A stretch of DNA of 64,000 bases from Gemmatales bacterium (GCA_041640595.1 JBEPZY010000002.1:468651-532650); one strand, 5' to 3'; positions 29,671 to 40,822 are shown, counted from the stretch's first letter. Translations and numbers: made by a program. The notes: a model not told the origin generated them from the letters alone.

Positions 29671-31089
29671 ATGCTGTTCACCTGGTGGGAGGCGGCCCGA
29701 GAACTAGTGGCCGTGGCCACGCCACTTATTATTTCCAGTAGCTTCTGGACCATCGAAATAACGGTAGATCGGATGTTTCTAAGCTGGTATCATCCGCTTG
29801 CTGTTGGGGCAGCAGTGCAGGCTACTATGGTGTTCTGGACGGCGTTCGTCCTGTTCCACAATTGCGCAGGTTATGTGACTACTTTTGTTGCTCAGTACTA
29901 TGGTGCGGGACAGTTTCACCGCATCGGTTCCGTGGTGTGGCAAGCACTTTACTTCAGCGTAGCCAGCGGGTTAATGTTCCTGGCATGGATACCGCTGGCT
30001 CCTTTGACCATGGCCAGCGTAGTTCACGACCTCCGGATGCAGGAATGGGGAAGTCGGTATCTTATATGTCTATGTTATTCTGCGTTGCCGACATTAGTAT
30101 CAGCGGCGGTCAGCGGGTTCTTTGCTGGTCGAGGGGATTGCTGGACGGTGCTGCTGATCAATGGCGTGGGAATGTTAGCGAATGTGGTGTTAGACTATCT
30201 ATTGATCTTTGGTGAGTTAGGATTGCCGGCTTTAGGAGTGCTGGGAGCGGGAATCGCAACGATTTTATCAGCGTGGCTATCGGCAGGTGTAGGACTGATT
30301 TTATACTGGCGGAAACCGTATCGCAAACTGTACGACACCTGGGGAGGTTGGAAGTGGAATGGCAGGCTCATGCTTCGCCTGCTGCGGTTCGGAATTCCTG
30401 CAGGTCTGCAATGGTGGTTCGATACACTTGCCTGGACAGTGTTTCTGGTGGTGATCGGCTGGATGGGCGCGGTAGAGCTAAGTGCAACAAGTATCGCCTT
30501 CGCGATCAACACCGTGGCGTTCGTACCCATGCTTGGATTCGGACAGGCGGTGATGGTGTTAGTGGGACAGCACCTGGGAGCGAATCAGCCACGACGAGCG
30601 ACACGGGCGACCTGGGCGGGTTTTATACTTACCTGGACATATATGAGCAGCGTGGCGGCATTATATTACTGGAAACCGGAGCTGTTCGTGAAATGGTTTT
30701 CGGGTAGCTCGATTACCGCCGAGGACCCTCAACTCGCAGAAAGAGTTAGTCAAGTGACTTGCTGGTTATTGCAATTTGTGGCTGCTTATTGCCTGTTCGA
30801 CAGCATGAACATTATCTTCTCCTCAGCTTTGCGTGGTGCTGGAGATACTGTCGCGGTGACGCGCATTTCTGCGGGACTGGCTTTACCCTTGTTAGTGATT
30901 CCAAGTTGGGCAAGCTGGTACTGGAACTGGGGTTTAGGGGTAGCCTGGATGTGGGCTACTATATACGTTATCGTGCTGGCACTGGTGTTTCTACGGCGGT
31001 TCCTGAAAGGGGATTGGCAATTGATGCGTGTAATAGAGTCCGCGGTGCATACCAGGCCCATTGTATCCGCAGGCGATACCGTGTGCTAA
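29671..31089 (+). CDS. MATE-family efflux transporter
   Basis: About 12 TMs; VDRMFL, FVAQYYGA, NVVLDYLLIFG..GLPALGVLGAGIAT, LRGAGDT. Confidence 0.9.
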   Translation: MLFTWWEAARELVAVATPLIISSSFWTIEITVDRMFLSWYHPLAVGAAVQATMVFWTAFVLFHNCAGYVTTFVAQYYGAGQFHRIGSVVWQALYFSVASGLMFLAWIPLAPLTMASVVHDLRMQEWGSRYLICLCYSALPTLVSAAVSGFFAGRGDCWTVLLINGVGMLANVVLDYLLIFGELGLPALGVLGAGIATILSAWLSAGVGLILYWRKPYRKLYDTWGGWKWNGRLMLRLLRFGIPAGLQWWFDTLAWTVFLVVIGWMGAVELSATSIAFAINTVAFVPMLGFGQAVMVLVGQHLGANQPRRATRATWAGFILTWTYMSSVAALYYWKPELFVKWFSGSSITAEDPQLAERVSQVTCWLLQFVAAYCLFDSMNIIFSSALRGAGDTVAVTRISAGLALPLLVIPSWASWYWNWGLGVAWMWATIYVIVLALVFLRRFLKGDWQLMRVIESAVHTRPIVSAGDTVC

Positions 31090-31247
31090 ATGCCCTGGTT
31101 GCGGGAAAATGTTATCTGAGCCGAGAAACAACACATGTGGGGTCCAGACTATATTGTGCGAAGTTTCTAATATCGAGCTTAGCACTGCCATCATACTAAA
31201 TAGAGAACCAAGCACAGCAAGCGAGGTTCCTGGTGAATCAACAGGCT

Positions 31248-32435
31248 TTACTGTGATGGCGGCTGGTGGTAAACATCGGGTGAAGGAGGCCAGAGCTTTT
31301 CTGCCAGGTGTAGCTGTTCCTGATAATAGCGACGGATCTCGTCCGGGTCAGGAGTGCGGCCATCTAAGAGGGCGGCGTAATAGTAACAGAAGGCACGTCC
31401 GAGTGCGTAAGTGCTCGAGGCGGCAAGTGTGGCGGCGACAATACTGCCGAGCCCTGGAATGAGTTTCGTTACCTCGCGTACAGCTTGCCGCACTAATAAA
31501 CCTATGCCCAAACTAGCAGCCAGTTCACGGAAGCGTTTACCGGTCAACGGCTGGCCATAGAGTTCGGCAAGATGGTAAACCATCCTGGTCTGGATGGCCG
31601 GAAGAATGACTAAGTCAAGCCACGGGATCGGCAGGGCACCTGCGGTAGCAGCCAGCGAGCTATAGGCGATTATATAGGGCAGAGCGCGACGCTCCTGTTG
31701 AGTGCGCAGCGTTTTCTGCGTGGTTTCGAGTTGGAGTAAGGGTTGTCTATACACTTCAGGTAGCAGGCGCAACAATGCTTCTTTAAGTGCCGGGCCGCCA
31801 TAGTTAGGATCGGAATAACCTTCTTGGGGAGGCGTGAAATCTACAGGAACTACGGCATCCACTAAGCCGGCAAACAGTTGGCGGTGCGTGTCTAATAATC
31901 GGCGGACTTGCGGAGGCACCAATTGCTGTTCGGCGGATGTGCCAAAAGGATACGGTTCCGGGTTGGGTTGGCCGGGATAAGCTTCGTGCAGGCAGGTAAT
32001 CACCAACAGGATGGGCCGCGACGGTCGAGCAGCGCGCACCTGGCGCACCACCGTTATTAACCGATGGAGAGCCTGGTCGAGAAGGCGAACGGTGACCAGG
32101 ACGGCATGAGCTTGTTCATTGAAGCGAGCCAGGTCCTGCGTCGGGTCGTATTCGGGTTCTTCCAGACCGCGTGTGTCGAGGAAAGCCAGCAGCGGTGTTT
32201 GCTCGCTTGGAAAATAATAGATGCGGGAATACTGCGTGGTGGCGCGGAAACCCTGGCCGATTTCGGCATTGCTGGCGCCAGTCAGGTAGCGGATGATGGA
32301 GGTCTTACCGCTTTGCGCTTTGCCGAGCAGCCAGAATAAAGGGACAGGCAGTTGCTGACGAATTTCTTCGAGGCGTTGCTGCAAGGTACCTTCGAAGGAT
32401 TGCTGTCCGCGCAACCACCTGAACCAGCGGCGCAT
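31248..32435 (-). CDS. Era-like GTPase fused to a DUF697/YcjF domain
   Basis: GKAQSGKTS P-loop, DTRG G3, C-terminal PIPWLD..IQTRMVYHLAELYG. Confidence 0.8.
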   Translation of the reverse strand: MRRWFRWLRGQQSFEGTLQQRLEEIRQQLPVPLFWLLGKAQSGKTSIIRYLTGASNAEIGQGFRATTQYSRIYYFPSEQTPLLAFLDTRGLEEPEYDPTQDLARFNEQAHAVLVTVRLLDQALHRLITVVRQVRAARPSRPILLVITCLHEAYPGQPNPEPYPFGTSAEQQLVPPQVRRLLDTHRQLFAGLVDAVVPVDFTPPQEGYSDPNYGGPALKEALLRLLPEVYRQPLLQLETTQKTLRTQQERRALPYIIAYSSLAATAGALPIPWLDLVILPAIQTRMVYHLAELYGQPLTGKRFRELAASLGIGLLVRQAVREVTKLIPGLGSIVAATLAASSTYALGRAFCYYYAALLDGRTPDPDEIRRYYQEQLHLAEKLWPPSPDVYHQPPSQ

Positions 32436-32469
32436 AGTAAGCTCGCGAATAGGTATCGGTTAGGGCAGA

Positions 32470-33399
32470 CTACCTGGGGAGTAAACCGTAGTCCTGAAGC
32501 GTGCGGCGAATGCGTGCCTCACCAGTGGCATCTAACGGACAAAGCGGCAGCCGCAGTTCGCCTGTATCCATGTTGAGCAGTTTCATAGCCGTCTTGATCG
32601 GGATAGGATTGGTGGCCACACCAAGCAAATCGCGGCATAACGGAAAGAGTCGGCGATGCCAGGCGATGGCTTCTTGGAGACGGCCAGCTTCGAAGGCGGC
32701 GATCATGGCTTTCATATCCCGCGGCAGGATGTTGCCTACCACGGAAACGACACCACGCCCACCCACGCTCATGATCGGCAGGGTCAGGCTATCGTCGCCG
32801 CTGAGAATCGTCAGGCGGGTAGTCAAAGCGATTTGCGAAACCTGGTCGAGCGAGCCACTCGCCTCTTTGATGCCAACAATGTTAGGAATTTCCGCGAGCC
32901 GGGCGATAGTTTCGGGCAAAATGTTGGAACCGGTACGGCCGGGGATGTTGTAAAGGACGATCGGGATGTCCACAGCTTCGGCAACGGTAGCGAAATGGCG
33001 GTAGTAACCTTCCTGGGTGGGTTTATTGTAATACGGGCCGACCATTAATGCGGCATCGGCGCCCGCACGTTTAGCGAATCGGGTCAAGCGGAGGGCTTCG
33101 CGGGTGCTGTTGGAACCGGTGCCCGCCATCACCTTGATGCGTCCGCGTGCTCGTTCGACAACCGCCGCGATTACCCGCTCATGCTCCTCATGGTCGAGCG
33201 TGGGCGATTCGCCGGTTGTGCCAACCGGGGCCAGGCAGTCAGTTCCCTGCGCGACGTGCCAATCTACAAGCTGGCCCAGCCGTTCCCAATCAATTTCGCC
33301 GTTGCGGAACGGCGTAATCAGAGCGACCGTCAATCCCGCGAAGCGCTCGCCTTTGGTGGTTGGCCAATCGGTGTTGCTGTTGGTCATGGCAGGGCTCAT
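32470..33399 (-). CDS. dapA: 4-hydroxy-tetrahydrodipicolinate synthase (start uncertain, 33387-33426)
   Basis: [43 protein letters not shown]. Confidence 0.97.
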   Translation of the reverse strand: MSPAMTNSNTDWPTTKGERFAGLTVALITPFRNGEIDWERLGQLVDWHVAQGTDCLAPVGTTGESPTLDHEEHERVIAAVVERARGRIKVMAGTGSNSTREALRLTRFAKRAGADAALMVGPYYNKPTQEGYYRHFATVAEAVDIPIVLYNIPGRTGSNILPETIARLAEIPNIVGIKEASGSLDQVSQIALTTRLTILSGDDSLTLPIMSVGGRGVVSVVGNILPRDMKAMIAAFEAGRLQEAIAWHRRLFPLCRDLLGVATNPIPIKTAMKLLNMDTGELRLPLCPLDATGEARIRRTLQDYGLLPR

Positions 33400-33751
33400 T
33401 TTTGAGTCGGCGTCCATGCACGCCACCGAGATGTCCGGAGCACGTTACGTATCTTTTTGTAGTCGGCAAGCATGATCATTGCAAGTAGCGAATGCCGAAC
33501 ACTGACGGCAGGCGGAGACGAACGCAGGGTTCTGGCAGGTTCAACCGAAGGCCGTTCATGCTGCTGGCATTCCTCGCCTCAACCGTCGCACGAATTCGCC
33601 TGGAAGCACATGCCAATTCGTACTGCCTCTGTGCTTCGGCAGGAATACTGATTCGAGAAGTCCTCATACAATGGTTTTGGGAAAGCTGCCGTAATGACCC
33701 TTGCCGGTCTTGTGTCCATCCACGGCAGGAAGAGTGGGGAAAGAAGCACGA

Positions 33752-35290
33752 ATGGAGTCGCCAGTGGCCCGCGCCAGGAAAGCGCTAGCTAACTGGTTGA
33801 GCGGCAATTGCAACCAGCCAGCAGAAGCGGTTGGCATCGAATCCTGGCCGACGCGCTTTGCTGCAGACCGCCGGGATAACTCTCTCAATCAGCAACCCCG
33901 TGGCACCATGGGACCGGAAACCATCGTCCTGAAAATCCGCTGGATTGGCGTGGTGCTGGGCCTGTTGTGGGTCAACCTGGCGCCAACGCTCGCCTACCGG
34001 GCGATGCTCAATGGCATTTTGTTGCTGGGTTTGGCCTATGCGTTGTGGGATACCTGGGCAACCCTGCGGGGCTGGATGCTGGCGCAACGGTATCCGCTGG
34101 TCATTTCGCTGCTGGAGGCCCTGTTCATTGGAGTGTTGTGCTACTACGACGCGGGAGTGCACAGCCCGTTTCGTTACTACTATCTGCTGTCGCTGATTAT
34201 TTGCGCGTTGCGTTATGAGCCGGTGGTAACGTACGTCACCTTTGGCCTGCACAGTGCGAGTTTTGGCGTGTTGTATCTGGCACGCTCCTGGGGCGAGGAA
34301 GATGCCCGAGAGTTGTTGCTGGGTCTGGTGCTGATGGGCTGGGTGAGCTGGGCGGCGGATTCGCTGGCTTCCTGGCTGAAAGAAACGGGAGAGCGGTTGC
34401 GGCGGTTGAATGCCGAACTGGAAAACGAGAGGCAGACCCTCGAGGCCAGGGTGGAGGAGCGAACTCGCCAGTTGCAGGAGGCCCAGGCAAGTCTGTTGCA
34501 GCAGGAGAAAATGGCTGCATTTGGTTTGCTGGCGGCAGGAATCGCCCATGAAGTAGGCAATCCCCTGGCCTCCATCAGTTCCCTCGTCCAGTTGCTCCAG
34601 CGACGGGTCAGCGACACGGCTGTCCAGCAGAAGCTTGCCCTGGTGAATGAACAGTTGCAGCGCATTCAAACCATTCTCCGCGAGTTGATTGATTTCAGCC
34701 GACCTGCGAGCCGGGAACGTATCTGGACGACGGTGGCCAACCTCGTGCAGCAGGCACTCAATATCGCTAAGTATTACAAGCCTACTCGTGGCAAGACGAT
34801 CACCACCGACCTGCCCACGGATTTGCCGCAAATCTACGTGGTGCAGGACCAGTTGGTACAGGCTTTGTTGAATCTGGTGCTGAATGCCATTGATGCCACG
34901 CCGCCCGGTGGACACATCCATATCGCGGCAGCTATCGAAGCCGGTGAACTGCGGTTGCGAGTTTGCGATGACGGTTCGGGGATTCGCCCCGAAGACCAGG
35001 ACAAAGTGTTCCGGCCCTATTTTACGACCAAGCCGCATGGCACCGGCCTGGGACTGTTTGTCACTAGGCGACTTGTCGAGGAGCATCAGGGACGGGTGAC
35101 GTTTAGCTCCGTGCCGGGACGAACGGAGTTCTGCATAGCTTTGCCTCTGGCCGCGATCACAGCACCGGGCAGTTCGCCAAAAGCAACTGGCCAGCTGCAT
35201 CTTCAGGGGAACGACGATGGGAATGGCCTGCACAGCCGCGGTACACGAATCGGTCAACCCTGCGACAGCGCGAATCCTCATCGTGGATGA
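33752..35290 (+). CDS. Membrane sensor histidine kinase (NtrB-like); start may be 33908
   Basis: N-terminal TMs, H-box IAHEVGNPL, N-box LNAIDA, DDGSGI, FTTK, GTGLGL. Confidence 0.9.
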   Translation: MESPVARARKALANWLSGNCNQPAEAVGIESWPTRFAADRRDNSLNQQPRGTMGPETIVLKIRWIGVVLGLLWVNLAPTLAYRAMLNGILLLGLAYALWDTWATLRGWMLAQRYPLVISLLEALFIGVLCYYDAGVHSPFRYYYLLSLIICALRYEPVVTYVTFGLHSASFGVLYLARSWGEEDARELLLGLVLMGWVSWAADSLASWLKETGERLRRLNAELENERQTLEARVEERTRQLQEAQASLLQQEKMAAFGLLAAGIAHEVGNPLASISSLVQLLQRRVSDTAVQQKLALVNEQLQRIQTILRELIDFSRPASRERIWTTVANLVQQALNIAKYYKPTRGKTITTDLPTDLPQIYVVQDQLVQALLNLVLNAIDATPPGGHIHIAAAIEAGELRLRVCDDGSGIRPEDQDKVFRPYFTTKPHGTGLGLFVTRRLVEEHQGRVTFSSVPGRTEFCIALPLAAITAPGSSPKATGQLHLQGNDDGNGLHSRGTRIGQPCDSANPHRG

Positions 35291-36686
35291 TGAACAGGTG
35301 CTTCGGGAGACTCTGGCCGAGCTGCTGGAGCAGGAGGGCTTTCCCGTTAAGACAGCCGATTCAGCTTCCGCCGCGCTGACGCTGGTAGAACAGGAACATT
35401 TCGACATTGTCTTCTGCGATCTGCAATTGCCTGATCAGGATGGCGTAACGCTTCTGGAGAAGATTTTGCAAATCAACCCGGAAACGTTTGTGCTGGTGCT
35501 GACGGCATACGGCAGCCTGGACACCGCTGTCGAGGCATTCAAACGCGGCGCCCATGATTATCTGACCAAACCAGTGCGGTTCGAGGAACTGGTCGCCAAG
35601 TTACGACAGCTCCTGCGGTATCGGCAGCTCTACCTGGAAAACCAGTGGTTGCGGCGGGAGTTGCATCGTCGTTACGATTTCGACCAGATAGTCGGAGAAA
35701 GCCCGGCCATGCAGGCAGTTTTCGAGCTGGTGCGGAAAGTTGCTCCGACACGCTCGACGGTGCTGATCCTTGGGGAAAGTGGCACCGGTAAGGAGCTGAT
35801 TGCCCGAGCTATCCACTACCACAGCCCGGATCGAAATGAGAAATTCCTGGCGGTGAATTGCGCTGCTATACCGCACGATTTGCTGGAGAACCAACTCTTC
35901 GGCCACAAGCGCGGGGCATACACCGGAGCTGACCGCGATCAGGAAGGATTGTTTGTTCACGTGGGACGCGGCACGCTCTTTTTTGACGAAATTGCCGAAC
36001 TGCCTTTGCCTATGCAGGCCAAGCTGCTGCGGGCAATTGAACAAAAGGAAATTTTGCCCGTCGGGGCCAATGAACCGGTGCGGGTGCAGGCGCGAATTCT
36101 GGCTGCTACCAACAAAGACCTGGCTCAGCTCGTTGAACAAGGCAAGTTTCGGGAAGACCTGTATTATCGTCTGAACATCGTAACCATCCGTCTGCCCCCC
36201 TTACGCGAGCGACGCGAAGATATTCCAGCTCTCGTGGAGTTTTTCATTGCCCGGCATCGGCGGGAGCTCAAGAAACACTTTGTCGGCGTGGACCACCAGG
36301 CCATGAAAATTCTGCTCAGCGCTCCCTGGAAAGGCAACGTTCGGGAACTGGAGAACGTGATTCAGCGGGCCATGATCCTGGGAGAAGGGCCCTTGATCAC
36401 CGCCAAAGACCTGCCGCCCGGTCTGGCTCCCGATCCGGAAGTCTGCCTGACCGACGACCTGCGCGAAGCGGTGGCCCATTTTGAACGCCGCCATATTACC
36501 CGTATCCTGCGGGAAACGCCTGACAAAAGGGAAGCAGCTCGTCGGCTTGGGCTGGCTTTGAGTTCGCTCTACCGCAAGATCGAGGAGTTGGGAATCGAGC
36601 TTGAACCGCGACCGGAACGGTCTGCCGCCTCGTCACGGTTTCAGCCACCGCAACAGCAGCCAGATGAGCAGGTGAAACGTAGCTAA
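35217..36686 (+). CDS. Sigma54-dependent response regulator (NtrC family)
   Basis: Receiver IVDDE/CDLQLP, GESGTGKE, GAYTGA loop, FREDLYYRL, WKGNVREL, Fis HTH. Confidence 0.95.
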   Translation: MGMACTAAVHESVNPATARILIVDDEQVLRETLAELLEQEGFPVKTADSASAALTLVEQEHFDIVFCDLQLPDQDGVTLLEKILQINPETFVLVLTAYGSLDTAVEAFKRGAHDYLTKPVRFEELVAKLRQLLRYRQLYLENQWLRRELHRRYDFDQIVGESPAMQAVFELVRKVAPTRSTVLILGESGTGKELIARAIHYHSPDRNEKFLAVNCAAIPHDLLENQLFGHKRGAYTGADRDQEGLFVHVGRGTLFFDEIAELPLPMQAKLLRAIEQKEILPVGANEPVRVQARILAATNKDLAQLVEQGKFREDLYYRLNIVTIRLPPLRERREDIPALVEFFIARHRRELKKHFVGVDHQAMKILLSAPWKGNVRELENVIQRAMILGEGPLITAKDLPPGLAPDPEVCLTDDLREAVAHFERRHITRILRETPDKREAARRLGLALSSLYRKIEELGIELEPRPERSAASSRFQPPQQQPDEQVKRS

Positions 36687-37289
36687 GCCAATCAAAATCG
36701 TGCCACCCAGAAGCAGCACTGGCACCGGGCCGCGAGCGGCTTCTCGGGACGTGAGAGCCGCCTGTATCGTTTGCTCCACGCTCTGCCGCCAATCTTCGCT
36801 GCCTTCCAGCCAGCGCAGCGTGGCCGTTCGCAACCACGGGGAAATACGAATTTGCAGAAGCGCCTGCTGTTCCGGCCAGTAAACACAGTCCGGAACTATG
36901 GTGGCGCTGGCACTGAGCTGATGAGTCGCCTCGACTAGAACCTCTCGGACGTCTGCAGCGTCTACAGCGTAAATGATGGTGGTGCGAGCTTGTTTGCGGA
37001 GCAACCACCAGGCCAGCAACAGCAGCATGACTACATACCCCGCATAGCCGAGCCAGTACCACAAATCTCCGTGCCAGCGTAACCGATGCACCAACCAGGT
37101 CGGTGGCCCCAGCAGAAAGAAGCCGGATAGCCCTATCAGTAACGTGCTCAAATCGCGCTGACCGGATACCAGTACGGGATAGGCGAGGCGGTATTGCCAC
37201 GTACCCATCCCCAGCAAGTAAATGCCCAAAGGCAAACCGATTACCGACCATTCCAGAGAATAGCGGAGCCAGTCGGGTACAATCAACAT
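36633..37289 (-). CDS. Hypothetical membrane protein
   Basis: 218 aa with about 4 hydrophobic helices; fills the space between the regulator and HNH genes. Confidence 0.65.
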   Translation of the reverse strand: MLIVPDWLRYSLEWSVIGLPLGIYLLGMGTWQYRLAYPVLVSGQRDLSTLLIGLSGFFLLGPPTWLVHRLRWHGDLWYWLGYAGYVVMLLLLAWWLLRKQARTTIIYAVDAADVREVLVEATHQLSASATIVPDCVYWPEQQALLQIRISPWLRTATLRWLEGSEDWRQSVEQTIQAALTSREAARGPVPVLLLGGTILIGLATFHLLIWLLLRWLKP

Positions 37290-37394
37290 AACTTGCCAGC
37301 GTGTCGGTTACCGAGTGCACCGGTTCCGAAGCCTGCCCTCGCGGATGCGGCGAGAGCAAACCAGCCGGTGCCGGGTTTTCGTGTGCACACCCGA

Positions 37395-38030
37395 TTATTT
37401 CAGTTCCACCGACCAGTAGGCTTCGCTCAGAAATGCTTTCCAGGATTGGTATTTGGCCTGGGTCAATTTCTGGGCGAGGATAGGACTGCGTTTGGGTTTT
37501 TCGGGTTTGCGAATCAGGGTCATGCCTGCCTCTTTAGGAGTGCGTCCACCTTTGCGGACGTTGCATTCCAGACAGGCACAAACGACGTTCTCCCAGGTGC
37601 TTTCGCCACCCCGGCTGCGCGGGATGACGTGATCGAGGCTCAGTTCGCTGGTGGGAAATCGTCGGCCGCAGTACTGGCAGGTGTTGTTGTCGCGAGCGAA
37701 AATGTTGCGGCGATTGAACTTCACCGAAGTGCGCGGAATGCGATCGTAGTACAACAGCCGGATAATCCGCGGCACCTGAATGGTGCGTTTCACCGTTCGC
37801 ACCCAATCGCCGTCCACCTGCTGAAAATGGCGGGCCCGATACTCACTGAGTTCCTGCCAGCTGGCGAAATCGTAGCTGACAAACTGGCCATCCTCGAAAT
37901 CCACGACTTCGGCCACGTTTTTCGACAGCAGGCAAAAGGCGCGGTACGCTGACACCACGTGAATCGCCAGGTAGAGGCGATTCAACACCAGCACACTGGA
38001 TTCCAGCGCCGGGGGCAATTTTTCTCGCAT
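37395..38030 (-). CDS. HNH endonuclease (McrA-like)
   Basis: [43 protein letters not shown]. Confidence 0.93.
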   Translation of the reverse strand: MREKLPPALESSVLVLNRLYLAIHVVSAYRAFCLLSKNVAEVVDFEDGQFVSYDFASWQELSEYRARHFQQVDGDWVRTVKRTIQVPRIIRLLYYDRIPRTSVKFNRRNIFARDNNTCQYCGRRFPTSELSLDHVIPRSRGGESTWENVVCACLECNVRKGGRTPKEAGMTLIRKPEKPKRSPILAQKLTQAKYQSWKAFLSEAYWSVELK

Positions 38031-38357
38031 GGTCAGCGCACCTCTAATGGCGACGTCAAGCCGGTCCATCAGACTCGGCATGGACATAATGTATCCCATT
38101 TTACGCCGACTCTGTCGGTTACGCCAGCCAGCGCCCGCACGGAGAACGCACGTTTCCGCCCAGTGGCGCTACGCAACCGCCGTCCTCGCCACTTGCGGGA
38201 GAAAGTTGTAAGGGGTGCCGGAGTGAGCGTTGGGGTTACGGTTTCTTTTGCGTCCTGGCTCCTGTCCATCGGACGAACCGGGCATTACCATAGTGTCAGC
38301 CACCTGGAAATAACGTGTCAACTGGCCAACGTCGAAGCACGCGGTGGGGATGGTCGG

Positions 38358-39323
38358 ATGAGTACAGGGGCGGACATAGCGGCGAGCCAACCGATTGGCG
38401 AATGGCAACAACGGCACCTCCTGACGCTGGAGGAATTGTCGCGCGAGGAGATCGAAACCGTCTTTCGCTGGACCGATCGCTTCCGCACCTTGCTGACGAC
38501 TGAGCGAAGCAAACTGAACTGGTTGAGCGGTCGGCTGGTGGTCAATCTCTTTTTCGAGCCGAGTACCCGCACCCGCATCAGTTTTTCCCTGGCAGCGCGG
38601 CGACTGGGTGCTGATACTGTGGATTTCACCGTAACCGGTTCGAGTGTGGCCAAGGGCGAGTCGTTCATTGACACGGCCAAGAATCTGGAAGCGATGGGTG
38701 TGGATGTTATGGTGGTGCGGCATAGCTCGGCGGGAGCGCCGCAACTCCTGGCCCAGCACCTCGGTTGTGCCATTGTCAATGCCGGCGACGGTGCCCACGA
38801 ACATCCCACGCAGGGACTGCTCGACCTCTACACCATCCGCCGTATCAAAGGCCGTATCGCCGGTTTGACCGTGGCTCTGGTTGGCGACATCTTGCACAGT
38901 CGGGTGGCACGCAGCAACATTCATGCCCTGAAAAAGCTCGGTGCTCATGTGATCGTGTGCGGGCCGGCAACGCTGGTCCCGCCTCAACTTCGGTGTCTGG
39001 GCGTGGAGGTCAGCCATAACCTCGACGCCATTTTGCCCCGCTGCGATGTCGTCAATTTGTTGCGGATTCAGTTTGAACGTCAGCGTACCGGACTGTTTCC
39101 TTCCATCCATGAGTATGCCCGGTTGTTTGGGATGGACGGAACACGCCTGAAGCGAGCCCGACCGGATATCCTGATCCTTGCCCCCGGCCCTATCAATCGT
39201 GGTGTCGAGATAACACCCGAGGTAGCCGACGGACCGCATTCCGCCATCCTGCATCAGGTAACCAACGGATTGGCGGTGCGCATGGCCGTGCTCTATTTGC
39301 TTTGCCAGGCCGGCAAAAGATGA
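38358..39323 (+). CDS. pyrB: Aspartate carbamoyltransferase catalytic subunit
   Basis: [45 protein letters not shown]. Confidence 0.97.
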   Translation: MSTGADIAASQPIGEWQQRHLLTLEELSREEIETVFRWTDRFRTLLTTERSKLNWLSGRLVVNLFFEPSTRTRISFSLAARRLGADTVDFTVTGSSVAKGESFIDTAKNLEAMGVDVMVVRHSSAGAPQLLAQHLGCAIVNAGDGAHEHPTQGLLDLYTIRRIKGRIAGLTVALVGDILHSRVARSNIHALKKLGAHVIVCGPATLVPPQLRCLGVEVSHNLDAILPRCDVVNLLRIQFERQRTGLFPSIHEYARLFGMDGTRLKRARPDILILAPGPINRGVEITPEVADGPHSAILHQVTNGLAVRMAVLYLLCQAGKR

Positions 39324-39486
39324 CCGCTTTCGATCGCCTCGCCCAAAAGAGGCCGGAAGTCTAGCCGGGCACACCAGATGGCCGAAAGTAGCTTTCCTCC
39401 GTGCCGTGATGGGTACGGAAAAGCAGAAGCGTTGACCGTGTGATGGCAGCGAACTGCCCACTAGCTATTTGCACCTGAGAATCGCC

Positions 39487-40770
39487 ATGCCGCGGACACT
39501 GATACGTGGTGGACGAGTGATTGATCCGGCTCAGGGACTGGACGCCGTAACCGACCTGTGGCTGGAAGGGGATCGGGTTCTGCACATTGGTTCCCGTCCT
39601 GATCTGCAGGCCGAGATTGTGGTGGACGCCACCGGCAAAATCGTTTGCCCGGGTCTGATTGATATGCACGTGCACCTGCGCGAACCGGGACGGGAAGAGG
39701 ATGAAACGATTGCCACAGGAACAGCCGCTGCTCTGGCCGGAGGCGTAACCAGCGTGGCCTGCATGCCGAATACCGAACCGGCAATAGACAACCAGGCCGC
39801 CGCGGAATTCGTGATTTTACAGGCGCGGCGTGCCGGTCAGGCCAACGTCTTCCCCATCGGTGCTATTACCAAAGGCAGACGGGGTGAGGAGCTGGCAGAA
39901 CTGGGAGGGCTGGTCGAAGGCGGCGCCGTGGGTTTTTCCGATGATGGCAGCCCGGTGCGCAGCGCTGAAATCATGCGGCGGGCTCTGGAATATGCCCGCA
40001 TGTTTGACCGTGTCGTCATGGATCACTGCGAGGATACGGAACTGACGCGGAACGGCGTGATGCACGAGGGCGAGGTGAGCCTGGCTTTAGGATTGCCCGG
40101 TATGCCTGCCGCTGCCGAAGAAATTATGGTCGCCCGCGATCTCATCCTGGCGGAACAAACCGGTGGCCGATTGCATATTCTTCACGTTTCCACTGCCGGA
40201 AGCGTCGAACTGATCCGCCGAGCCAAGCAACGCGGCGTAGCTGTTACTTGCGAGGCCTGCGTGCATCATTTCGCCCTTACCGATGAAGCCCTGCGAAGTT
40301 TTGACAGCAATTTCAAGATGAACCCACCCCTGCGAACCCGCCGTGATGTTGAGGCCATCCTGGTGGGATTACGCGATGGCACTATTGACGCCATCGTGAC
40401 CGACCACGCGCCGCACGCCCCTGAAAAGAAACTGCGGGAGCTGGACCAGGCACCTTTTGGCGTCATCGGGTTGGAAACGCTTTTGCCCATTTGCATCAAG
40501 ACGCTGATTGAGCCCGGTGTGCTTACCTGGAGCGAAATGATCGCCAAACTGACGATCCACCCAGCGAGGATACTCGGCATTGATCGCGGTACACTCCGGC
40601 CTGGCGCCATTGCCGATGTAACCATCATTGATCCGGAAGCGGAATGGACAATTGATCCGAACCAGTTTCGCAGCAAGAGTCGCAACTGTCCGTTTGCGGG
40701 CTGGCGTGTTCGCGGGCGTGCGCATACCGTCCTGGTTGCCGGCCAGGTGAAATACTCCCTGGCACCATAA
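39487..40770 (+). CDS. pyrC: Dihydroorotase
   Basis: PGLIDMHVHLREPG, CMPNTEP, HCED, KMNPPLR, TDHAPH; follows pyrB. Confidence 0.96.
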   Translation: MPRTLIRGGRVIDPAQGLDAVTDLWLEGDRVLHIGSRPDLQAEIVVDATGKIVCPGLIDMHVHLREPGREEDETIATGTAAALAGGVTSVACMPNTEPAIDNQAAAEFVILQARRAGQANVFPIGAITKGRRGEELAELGGLVEGGAVGFSDDGSPVRSAEIMRRALEYARMFDRVVMDHCEDTELTRNGVMHEGEVSLALGLPGMPAAAEEIMVARDLILAEQTGGRLHILHVSTAGSVELIRRAKQRGVAVTCEACVHHFALTDEALRSFDSNFKMNPPLRTRRDVEAILVGLRDGTIDAIVTDHAPHAPEKKLRELDQAPFGVIGLETLLPICIKTLIEPGVLTWSEMIAKLTIHPARILGIDRGTLRPGAIADVTIIDPEAEWTIDPNQFRSKSRNCPFAGWRVRGRAHTVLVAGQVKYSLAP

Positions 40771-40822
40771 CCCGCCAGGCTACCCAGACGCGAACCGTCC
40801 CAATTGGATACGCGACGTTTGC

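Noticed and set aside
33430..33750. Lysine riboswitch upstream of dapA
   Set aside because: No recognisable L-box consensus or terminator
33785..35407. 540-aa minus-strand ORF (likewise 38169-39461, 37194-37952, 329-1105 and similar)
   Set aside because: Antisense shadows of well-supported genes in GC-rich DNA; no recognisable motifs
37395..38030. HNH gene as a homing endonuclease or IscB-type mobile element
   Set aside because: No RuvC or PLMP motifs, intron context or terminal repeats
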